From an uncultured Alphaproteobacteria bacterium (GTDB taxonomy: Bacteria > Pseudomonadota > Alphaproteobacteria > Rhizobiales > Beijerinckiaceae): a stretch of 64,000 bases of DNA. The translations under genes were made by a program, and so were the position numbers. Positions 9,961 through 18,827 of this stretch are shown one piece after another (position 1 is the stretch's first letter; every line of letters starts with the position of its first letter). The stretch spans positions 2,458 through 66,457 of the forward strand of contig CAVYON010000028.1 of NCBI GenBank assembly GCA_963770035.1, given 5' to 3'. The notes beneath the pieces were generated by a model that ran no database searches, had not been told where the DNA came from, and was given only the letters and a program-made list of their open reading frames with translations.

Positions 9961-10032
9961 TTGGGTCGCAGCCTGCGACATTGAAACATCTCTCCTGGCT
10001 GCTTGATTCCTTGCTTGGCGGTCGGCGCGCGG

Positions 10033-10164
10033 CTTCCTCCCCCTTGTGGGGGAGGATTGAGGAGGGGGGTCGCACTGAACTTCGAAAGTTTGGCGTCCTT
10101 CCCCTTGCAAATGAGAGATCAGCGCGACCCCCCATCCCTGCCTTCCCCCACAAGGGGGGAAGGA
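10033..10164. repeat. Long palindromic REP-like element, copy A
   Basis: Arms ctcccccttgtggggga..ggggggtcgc / gcgacccccc..ttcccccacaagggggga. Confidence 0.75.
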
Positions 10165-10202
10165 GAACGCCTTCAGTTTGACCGGCGCGCATCACCAGGC
10201 AG

Positions 10203-10449
10203 TTACTCCTCTCCTATCCCGGCTCCTCGAGCCTCGGCCCTTCGCGCGCTGCCCTTCGGCGGCTTCCCGCCTTCGCCATCCTTGGCGGCGGTCATCTTCG
10301 TATAAAGCTCGAACAGCTTTTCCAGCCGCTCCGTGTCATTTTTGAACCGGCGGCCAATGTAGATGCGCTCCAGCGCCTCGTCGTTGCGCTCGTGCGCCTC
10401 TCGCAAGTCGGCCGGCATGGCGTCGGGGTCGTAGAGGTCGGCGATCGTC
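10203..10449 (-). pseudogene. Orphan second copy of the methyltransferase C-terminus (ATIADLYDPDAMP...GIGEE*)
   Basis: ORF 10203..10499; codon usage differs from the in-gene copy. Confidence 0.85.
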
Positions 10450-10455
10450 GCGCGG

Positions 10456-10591
10456 CTTCCTCCCCCCTTGTGGGGGAGGATTGAGGAGGGGGGTCGCACT
10501 GAACTTCGAAAGTTTGGCTCGTCCTTCCCCTTGCAAATGAGAGGTCAGCGCGACCCCCCATCCCTGCCTTCCCCCACAAGGGGGGAAGGAG
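10456..10591. repeat. Long palindromic REP-like element, copy B
   Basis: Near-identical to 10033..10164. Confidence 0.75.
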
Positions 10592-10628
10592 AACGCCTTC
10601 AATTTGACCGGCGCGCATCACCAGGCAG

Positions 10629-13541
10629 TTACTCCTCTCCTATCCCGGCTCCTCGAGCCTCGGCCCTTCGCACGCTGCCCTTCGGCGGCTTCCCGCCTTC
10701 GCCATCCTTGGCGGCGGTCATTTTCGTGTAAAGCTCGAACAGCTTTTCCAGCCGCTCGGTGTCGTTCTTGAACCGGCGGCCGATGTAGATGCGCTCCAGC
10801 ACTTCGTAGTTCGCTCGGTGTCGTTCTTGAACCGGCGGCCGATGTAGATGCGCTCCAGCACCTCGTCGTTACGCTCGTGCGCCTCTCGCAGGTCGGCGGG
10901 CATGGCGTCGGGGTCGTAGAGATCGGCGATCGTCGCCGGGAAATGCGCCTCGCGGGCCAGCAGGATGTCCTCGGCGCAGCGGGTCAAGTCGGCCTTGTTC
11001 TTTTCGGTCAGCGTTGGGACCGGGAAAGTGTTCCAGCCGAGGTTGTTCGAATATCAGAATTCAGTTCGCAGTCTTACCGCAAATAGTAGATATCCATACT
11101 CAGATGAAGTTTGGATGTAATGAATAGAAAAGTCTACTAGAGCGAAGGCTTTGTAAATGGCAAAAGCTAGATGTTGTAATTACTATATTTCGAGTTCCAA
11201 CAGGCCGACTGGTAAATACTGCTCTCCTTTCCGAAGAAACCTGTGGGCACCAAAAATTGCGAGTCATCGACAAGTATCTCCTATTGAACGAAATCTGGTG
11301 CGGTCGCGCCGTAAGTGTGGCCGCAACTTCGCCGCCGTTTTTCCGGTACGCTAAGGACATTATCAATTCGCGCTGGACACCTCTGGCACTTTCTCGGATC
11401 AATCAGACTAAATCTGTTATCGTCATAGCCACAGGCAATAGCGAAGCCACCCATGATATGAACTCCGCTAGTTCCAGTAAGCTCGACGTATTATGAAGAC
11501 AAACTCCGGTTCGAGTCGAGCTAAGCCTTCGGGCTGAAGCTGCGTCAAGAAAAAGATTTCCCCCGTCATAAGGCGCATTGCCGAGTGATCATCGGAGACA
11601 GACCATTGCTGATTCTTAGATTTTCCGACAAACGATGACATCGTCGCCTTCAACAAGATATGCATTTATATTTATGCACTCTCCTTGGGACGATACTCGC
11701 CATAAATGTGTTTTTGCCGAATATGGCGTTTCGTTAGTCAGTCCAATGATGGTACAGGAAACACCGGCATTATGTTGTGCGATTGTTCGCCCATTTGAAA
11801 GAGTGCGATAGGCAAATTCAAGCCGGCATGCATAATTATAAACAAGTGGCCAAAGAACAGATACATGTATTCCTTGACAGATAGAATTAGTCGTAACAAA
11901 CGTGACGGCGTTTATCTCCAAATCTAAGAAACTGACTAAATCTTTATTATAAACCAGCCCGCACACGTAGTCTAAAGATTCGTTATGATTTCTCATCATG
12001 ACACAAATATTTGAGCCATATCATTTTTCTGATCGCTGGTCATGTTTCTTTCCCCCTATGTATGGAGGATTGCCGCATATATAAGTTTCTCCGCCTGCAT
12101 TCTCGAAATCGATTTGCGCTTGATCAAGCGGCGTGCTGAAACAGATCGTCGGCGTGCCAGCTTCACGCCCGTCCCTGTCGGCGGACAAACGCTCAACCAA
12201 TCCAGCCGCAGCGCATTTCCGCAAGTGATCCAGTTCTCCGCGTTCAGCGGCAGGAACTCGGCCAGCGCCTCCTTCTGGCCCGCGGTAGAGCACGTCGCAC
12301 TGGATACTCGGCGATGATGAGGGCAAGCCGCGCGATCTCGGCCGGAAAGTCGCGCAGCTCGATCCCGCGAAAATTCGTCAGCGGAATATCGCTCTTGCAG
12401 CCCGTCTTCCTTTCGTCGCCGGTTGATCTCCGCCTCGATCGCCCGCATCTCCTTGTAGGCGATGACGAGGAAATTGCCGGAGCCGCAGGCCGGGTCGAAC
12501 ACCCGGATCCGCGCCATGCGCCTGCGCAGGTTGAGCAGCATCCGGGAATTGTCGCCGGCCTCCTCCAAACGCGCCCGCAGGTCGTCGAGGAACAGCGGGT
12601 TCAGCACCTTCAAAATGTTCGGCACGCTGGTGTAGTGCATCCCAAGCGCGCCGCGCTCCTCGTCCTCCGCGACCGCCTGGATCATCGACCCGAAAATGTC
12701 CGGGTTGATCTTGGTCCAGTCGAGCCGGCCGACGTGAAGGAGATAGGCGCGCGCGGCCCGGCTGAAGCGCGGCGCGTCCAGGCTGCCCGAAAACAGCCCG
12801 CCGTTCACGTAAGGGAAGCGCGTCGGCCCAGCGCGGCAGCTTCGCCGCCGCGCGGTCCGCGCCCTTGGTGTTCATCGCCCGGAAGATCGCGCCGATCACC
12901 TCATGGGTGTTGGACGAGTCCCGTTCGCTCATCTGTTCGATGGCGCCACTGAAAAGCGAGTCGCCCAGAAAGATGTCGGTCCGTTGCGCGAAGAAGCAGA
13001 AGATCAGCCGCGCCATGAAATGGTTCATGTCGTGGCGGCGGGCGGCCGAGCCCCAATCGGGGTTTTCCTTCAGGAGCTCGACATAGAGCCGGTTCAGCCG
13101 GCTCGTCGCCCTGATGTCGAAGGCGTTCTCGCTGATCTGCTGGACGGTCGTAATGCCGGCGAGGGGCAGGAAGAAGCCGAAATGGTCCGGGAAGTCGGCG
13201 TAGCGGCAGGCGACGGTCCCGCCGCCGCCGACGTCCTCGGCTTCGAACCACTCGCCGTCCGTCGCCAGAACGAATTTCGCCTTCGCCTTGGCCGTCGCCG
13301 GGCTGGCCTTCAGCGCCGCCAGCGTTTTCGTGACCTCGCCGGAGGCGGCGACGGCGATATGGATGTTGTTGGTCTGAAGGACGCCGCCGAGGTCCGACCT
13401 GTTCGATTCGCCCTTGCGGAGGCGTTTGAGCGTCGTCTCTTTGTTGCCGAACGCTTCGAGGAAGGCGAACGGGAACTCCTGCGGATCAAACGGCCGCTCG
13501 GCCAGCCTGGTTACCGCCTCTTCGATCTCGACAGCGTTCAT
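10629..13541 (-). CDS. YeeA/MmeI-family N6-adenine DNA methyltransferase with target-recognition domain (multiple frameshifts as sequenced)
   Basis: RLIFCFFA, YVNGGLF, INPDIFGSMIQAV, GMHYTSVPNILKV, motif I VFDPACGSGNFL, motif IV CGNPPY, then FVTTNSICQG, VSSERR, GWNTFPVP and TIADLYDPDAMP C-terminal motifs spread over several frames. Confidence 0.85.
11050..12130 (-). other. AT-rich segment covering the methyltransferase target-recognition region
   Basis: Abrupt drop to roughly 40-45% GC (estimated by eye) inside a gene whose flanks are GC-rich; homologous motifs continue through it. Confidence 0.85.
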
Positions 13542-13714
13542 TTTCTAGAATCGCCCACCGGGCCGACAGTCCCCGCAACGCAGCATCGATAGCTCGTTTT
13601 TATGCGGCCACGCCAGGAAGATGTTTTGAACGCCGCTTTGCGCCACCGGCATGAGCGGCCCTCCCCCGCCTCCGCAAAAATCCCGCCCCGCTGAAACCTT
13701 TCGGCGTTTTGACC

Positions 13715-14003
13715 CCGTCACCGCAAACCCCGCATCTTGGAAAGAAAGCTGGCGAAAGTGTAATCTTCGCGCCACATTTTTGGCCCGGATCTCCCCGATG
13801 ACCGTCGCCGCTGAACAGGAAATTCCGCTCAGCCAGAACTGGACCTCGAGATCGGCAGACGCAGGATGTCGCGCAGAGCAGAAACGTTGATTCCACTGCC
13901 CGTCGCTTTGCTGGCCGTGAGCGTCGCCGCGCACGCCACGAGCCGCTCGCCCACCGCCGACCTGATGGATCCGTCGCCAACCCGTCCGTCAAGGAAATGG
14001 TGA
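13715..14003 (+). pseudogene. Degenerate copy of the cupredoxin promoter and signal-peptide region (repeat of 15039..15338)
   Basis: Shared blocks such as gaaagctggcgaaa.tgtaatcttcgcgcc, gaactggacctcgagatcgg and gacctgatggatccgtcg. ATG at 13866 gives MSRRAETLIPLPVALLAVSVAAHATSR.. then a deletion, a frameshift and a stop. Confidence 0.88.
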
Positions 14004-14080
14004 CGTCGTTCTGTCCGGGAAAGCTCGCCGCACGATCGTGTGGGACGATCCCTCCCTCCACCCCACCCTGGAGAGCGTGA

Positions 14081-14536
14081 ATGAGCGAAACACAGGTTGA
14101 TGATCTTTATGCCCTCCGCGCCGAGGTCGAGCAGTTGCGGAGGCAGAGCGACGAAACACGCCGCAGCACGCATATTCTCAGCGAGCAGGCGCATGACCAT
14201 GCCGCGCTGATCCTGGCTTATCAAGAGGCGGAAAGAGCCCTCCGCGACCGCGTCGCGGTGCTGGAGGAGGCGCTGCGGAAATCCGTGGAGACTTGTGCGC
14301 GAGAAGCCGCCTATTGGGCCATCAAAGGTGGCAGTCCTGAACTGATCGCTTCAAGAATCCGCGCCCTCACCCCAGCGCAGCCCTCACCCCCTCCCGACCC
14401 CACTCCGCAGTCCGTCATAGACGCCATGGGCTTCGACCCGTTCGCGTCAACACCGGATGGCCCTCCCGCGCCCGACCCGCGCGATGAGAGGATCAGGAGG
14501 CTGGAGGAGGCGTTGGGGAAGGCACGGGCCCTTTGA
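14081..14536 (+). CDS. Hypothetical coiled-coil protein with a Pro-rich linker
   Basis: GGAG RBS upstream, 151-aa ORF, heptad-like LRAEVEQLRR and ERIRRLEEAL; no recognisable family. Confidence 0.5.
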   Translation: MSETQVDDLYALRAEVEQLRRQSDETRRSTHILSEQAHDHAALILAYQEAERALRDRVAVLEEALRKSVETCAREAAYWAIKGGSPELIASRIRALTPAQPSPPPDPTPQSVIDAMGFDPFASTPDGPPAPDPRDERIRRLEEALGKARAL

Positions 14537-14544
14537 GGCCATGA

Positions 14545-14830
14545 ATGTCGAGCGAGGCTGCCCTGGTCGATCTCGAAGGTCTCCTCGCTGGAATGGCTGA
14601 GGAAGATAAGCGGCATGAGATCCGATCTCTCGGACGTTCTCTGCTGAGCAGATTTCGGTCTATCGGAATTCCAAAACGAATACGCCATCGCCCGCGACGC
14701 TCTGGAGGTCGAGGCGGGCGTCGACCGGCGTGTCACGCGCCAGGCGACCCTCGGACTCTTTTATTCAGGTTCGCTCGCTCCGCGCGATCAGGACAACGCC
14801 ATCAAGGGCCGTTTGCACGTCGCCTTCTGA
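14545..14830 (+). CDS. Hypothetical ~94-aa protein (restored by removing one base at GAATTC 14666-14671)
   Basis: MSSEAALVDLEGLL..FRSIG + FQNEYAIARDALEVEAG..RLHVAF*; closely follows the upstream ORF. Confidence 0.4.
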
Positions 14831-14910
14831 GCGGCCAATGGGCGGCGGAAGGATGAGGCGGCCTGTAAAGGTTCAACCTGATCTCCTGAATCAATTCAAG
14901 CATCCCGCAA

Positions 14911-14997
14911 CCGTCATTGCGAAGAGCGACCCCCGGGTCGAAGAGCCCGGGGGGACGAAGCAACCATGGAATCTTCGCCTTCGGCTCGCAATGACGG
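14911..14997. repeat. REP/RIME-like element with terminal inverted repeats ccgtcattgcga...tcgcaatgacgg
   Basis: 12-bp perfect terminal inverted repeat and an internal ccccggg/cccgggg hairpin. Confidence 0.75.
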
Positions 14998-15190
14998 CGG
15001 CGGAACTTGGCGCACTTATTTTGCTGTGTGTCCTAACACCGTCACCGCTAACCCCGCGTCGTCGGAGAGAAAGCTGGCGAAACTGTAATCTTCGCGCCGC
15101 ACTTTGGGCCCGCATCTCCCGGATGACCATCGCCGCTGAACAGGAAAGTCCGCTCAGCCGGAACTGGACCTCGAGATCGGGAGACAAGGG

Positions 15191-15646
15191 ATGTTACGCA
15201 GAGCAGCAACGTTAATTCCAATGACCGTCGCTTTGCTGGCCGTGGGCGCCGCAGCGCACGCCACGAGCCGGCCGTCCACAGTGGTGCACGTCGACCTGAT
15301 GGATCCGTCGACAAACCCGTCCGTCAAGGAAATGGTGATCAAATCGGACACGAAAGACGTGCCGGCGGGGCCCGTTGTCTTCCAAGTTTCCAACGACTCG
15401 AAGAACCTCGTTCACGAGATGATTGTCGTCTCGGTCGCGGAACCGCGCGCGGCGCTTCCTTATGACCGTAAAGACGGCCGCGTTGACGAAGCCAAAATCA
15501 AAGATCTCGGCGAAGCGCCCGATCTCAAGCCGGGAGAGAAGAAAACTTTGCAGCTCACGTTGAAGCCGGGCAATTATCTCCTGATCTGCAATCAGCCGGA
15601 TCACTACAAGAGCGGCATGGAAACCAGCCTTATCGTCACCCAATGA
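15191..15646 (+). CDS. Secreted cupredoxin (plastocyanin/azurin-family blue copper protein)
   Basis: Signal peptide, VHEM and CNQPDHYKSGM type-1 copper ligands. Confidence 0.88.
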   Translation: MLRRAATLIPMTVALLAVGAAAHATSRPSTVVHVDLMDPSTNPSVKEMVIKSDTKDVPAGPVVFQVSNDSKNLVHEMIVVSVAEPRAALPYDRKDGRVDEAKIKDLGEAPDLKPGEKKTLQLTLKPGNYLLICNQPDHYKSGMETSLIVTQ

Positions 15647-15824
15647 TTCCTGATCGGTCGGTCCGCACGAGGCCCGGCATAATTCATACGGGCTTCCCCG
15701 CGGCAGCGTATGGCGTCCGCAGCGCGCATCGCTCGAAAGCGGTGAAGCGCGCGTCGGAGCCGCAGGCAAAGCGTCAAGACCTACTTTACGCGCCGCCGGC
15801 GATCCGCACGGATGGCCGCCAACC

Positions 15825-18095
15825 TCATCGCCGCTCTATGGCGACGCGAACGCACGCAGTGGCGGCTGCCGTTCGCCGCGTTCGACCCCCGATGAAGCCG
15901 AGGCCCGCAAACCCGATCAGCGCCATGATCCAGGTCGCCGTCTCCGGCACGACGATGGTCGTCGCATTGAGGTTGGCGAAATATTCGGCGCGGAGCGGCG
16001 CGCCCGGCGACAGCGAATTGAAGATGAGGCGACTGGCGATGTCGCTGTCGAGCTCCGGGACATCGTAGCCGGACACCCAAAGCCCGAGGCCATGAATGTC
16101 GAGCGCCGATGTGCTGTCGATCGATAGCGTATCGGCGAACAGGACGTCGCCCGGGGTCGCGTGGTTCCGCGCGCCGTTCTCAATGGTCAGCCGGCTGTCG
16201 CTGGTCAGGTCGAGGGCCCCGATGGAAAACGGATCATCGAGCCCGAACACCGGGCCGAGCGGATTGTCGCCGGTCGCCTCGAACTGGGTTGTCGCGCCTT
16301 GGAGGGTGAAATTGATCAGCCGCGTGTCGAATGCGGGCGAGGCGACGTCGGTTGTCGTGTTGATGAAATTGGCGTCGCCGGTAAAGAGGAACGTGCCAGA
16401 GCCGTTGATCACGCCGCCCAACTGATTGTCGAGGTTGCCCTGGTCGATCTCGAAGGTCGCCGGGTCGAGCGTCAGCGTGGCGCCGGCCTGGTTGAGAACC
16501 GCCGGGTTGTTGACCGGTCCGCTCGCCCGCGCGACGCCTTTGACGACGAAGCGCCCGGCATTCGACACGCCGTTGACGAAAGTCGCCTGGCCGCCGGCGT
16601 TGAGGCGGAAGATCGCCGTCGCCGGGGCGGCGCCTTCCGCCGGGGCGTTGATGAACGAGAAGTTCTGTCCCAGGTTCTGGGCCGCCCCGCTCGCCATCAA
16701 CACGCCGTTGGCGTTCACGGTGATCGCGCCGTTGTTCAAGATGCCGCCGCTGAACGTCCCGGTCGCCTTGTTCGCCGCCGCGCCCGGTCCGATCGTCGTC
16801 GCAGCGCCGATCATGTTGGTATAAAGCCCCGCCACGTTGAACGACGCGCCGGCTTCCAGCGTCACCGAGCCGTTCATCCCATTGCCGCTGCTGTTGCTCA
16901 TCGGGCCCGAAATGGTGGTGTTGCCGGTGACGGTGAGCATGCCCGGATTGTCGAGCTTTTGCGCGGTGAAGGTGGCGGTCGCGGCGACGTTGAGCGTTCC
17001 GCCGTTGAGGACCCCGGTGGCGCCGCCTACGGTCAGCTTGTTGGCCGCCGCGACATTGAGCGTCGAGTTGATTCCGTTGAGCAACCCTTCGAGGTTCGCG
17101 GTGTTGGCGTTGACTGTAACGGTGCGCGCGGCGCCGGGATTGATGATCGCCACGTCAAAGTCCCGCGGCGCCTGGGCGACGCCCGGCGCGACGCCGCGCG
17201 ACCAGCTCGCGTTGGTGGCGAAGTTGCTGTCGGCGGCTGCGATGAACGTGTCGAAGGTGCTCTTCTGCGATCCTCCCACCGTGATGCCGCCGCCGTTGAG
17301 GAAGGTCGTGTAGGCGTTGACGCGCGTATCGATCGTCGCCAGGGGGTTGCCTGTTTCGAGCAGCGAATGGACGCCGACAATGCGGCGGGTGAAGAAAGGA
17401 AAGGTGTTCGTTAAAAAGATTCTGAAACTTGGACCGCCGGAATCTCCCGTCTGGACGACGTTCGGCCCGGCTGCGCTCTCAGGATAGCGGTATGTCGTCG
17501 CCGTGATGTCGCCGGCCGCCGCTCCGACCTGCGCCGTGCCGACCAAAGCGGAATTCCGCAACGGGCTCGCATTGCGACCGTATCCGACAATAGAGACTGT
17601 CGCGCCGGCCGCAAGGTTCTGCGCCGGCGTCGCGATCGAGTCCGGGACGATTCCGGCCGGCGAGGTCAACAAAAGCATGACGCCGATGTCGTTGGCGTTG
17701 GTCGCAGCGCTGTAGTTCGGCGCCTGCACCCCGAGGCCAAAAAGCGTGGTCGCTGGCGTCGGCGGATACGGTCCAAAGGACATCCGCTGAAAATGTGGCT
17801 GCAGCGTCGCCGCGCCTGTCACCGCGGAGGGCTGTTCGGTGTTCATGCAGTGCGCCGCGGTCAGAACGACGTTCGCGCCGATCAACGTTCCAGTGCAGCC
17901 GAAACCGCGCTCGTCGCCGACCTGCCCGATCGCGGTGTCAGTGTTGGTGGTCGTACCGGGTCCCTCGATTGCTGAAGCCTGCGATGCGCAAAGGCTAAAC
18001 AAAATCGCCGGCGCTATCGGCGCGACGCTGGCCCGACGTGTTCGGCGGAACTGTACAAATGCGCGGACTGCGCCCCATCGACCTACAAGATCCAT
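15825..18095 (-). CDS. Secreted trypsin-like (S1) serine protease with a Gly/Asn/Ala/Thr-rich passenger-like region and a PEP-CTERM-type sorting tail
   Basis: CTGTLI..VLTAAHC (His), NDIGVM (Asp), GDSGGP (Ser); C-terminal VPETATWIMALIGFAGLGFIGGRTRR. Confidence 0.85.
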   Translation of the reverse strand: MDLVGRWGAVRAFVQFRRTRRASVAPIAPAILFSLCASQASAIEGPGTTTNTDTAIGQVGDERGFGCTGTLIGANVVLTAAHCMNTEQPSAVTGAATLQPHFQRMSFGPYPPTPATTLFGLGVQAPNYSAATNANDIGVMLLLTSPAGIVPDSIATPAQNLAAGATVSIVGYGRNASPLRNSALVGTAQVGAAAGDITATTYRYPESAAGPNVVQTGDSGGPSFRIFLTNTFPFFTRRIVGVHSLLETGNPLATIDTRVNAYTTFLNGGGITVGGSQKSTFDTFIAAADSNFATNASWSRGVAPGVAQAPRDFDVAIINPGAARTVTVNANTANLEGLLNGINSTLNVAAANKLTVGGATGVLNGGTLNVAATATFTAQKLDNPGMLTVTGNTTISGPMSNSSGNGMNGSVTLEAGASFNVAGLYTNMIGAATTIGPGAAANKATGTFSGGILNNGAITVNANGVLMASGAAQNLGQNFSFINAPAEGAAPATAIFRLNAGGQATFVNGVSNAGRFVVKGVARASGPVNNPAVLNQAGATLTLDPATFEIDQGNLDNQLGGVINGSGTFLFTGDANFINTTTDVASPAFDTRLINFTLQGATTQFEATGDNPLGPVFGLDDPFSIGALDLTSDSRLTIENGARNHATPGDVLFADTLSIDSTSALDIHGLGLWVSGYDVPELDSDIASRLIFNSLSPGAPLRAEYFANLNATTIVVPETATWIMALIGFAGLGFIGGRTRRTAAATACVRVAIERR

Positions 18096-18827
18096 ATTCG
18101 CCTCCCAGATATACCGAAAAGACACTCGGGGAGTTCGAATTATCTACTGTGCAAGAACCCCCGATCCTCGATGCTTAACCGAGAAGCGCCGACCTGCAGC
18201 GCTAGACGAGAACAATGTGTATCATTTCGCTTCACTTGAAAAGGGAAGACATAAACAGCAACGGCAGATTCGTAGAAAAAAGATCTCGGTTTCTGGAAAC
18301 TGGTCTATTTGACTGCATCCTGTCTTGCGAGACCGTTTGAAATGTGGCGGAGTCAGAACAACGCCAACGCTATGGCCTAGCGGTTCGGTTGCAATGGACG
18401 AGCGGCGCCTGATAGGGGCGGCGGCGCTGGCGGCGATGAAAGCGGTGCGGGCGCGGCTGGTCGAACGGGCGCAAGGCCGGCGTAGATCGAGCGTGCGGGC
18501 GCATCTTTCGGGCCGTGACAACAAACTGGTCATCGTCGCTCCGTTCCTCCACTGCACAGCTGGACGCTTCCCCGATCCCGTCGAGAGACCGCGCCGTCGG
18601 CTGATGCGCTGTCGGTCCCTGCGGGGGCCGAGACCATCGGTCGGCTCGGCTCAGCCTTCCTCGGCCGGCTTTCGGATGCAGCACGACCGAGCGCATTTTT
18701 CGCGCTGGCCGGGTCTCTCGGCTGCTATCAGGCCGCAACGGTGGTAAGCCGACGTATGGGACGGGTTGCGCAACCGGCAAAGCGATAGCGGAAGCGACTT
18801 GATAACCCGCGCGGAGGAAACAAGCCG

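Larger units (their letters stand above)
10026..10935. repeat. Tandem duplication (~425-bp unit) of the yeeA-like 3' end plus the downstream palindrome
   Basis: 10026..10449 is repeated at 10450..10935; the second unit has an extra ~59-bp internal duplication. Confidence 0.9.

Noticed and set aside
10026-10935. Repeat cluster as a CRISPR array
   Set aside because: Only two long units with coding content and no short repeats with unique spacers; no cas genes.
15008-15025. Sigma-54 promoter TTGGCGCACTTATTTTGC upstream of the cupredoxin
   Set aside because: GG-to-GC spacing is 12 nt, not the required 10.
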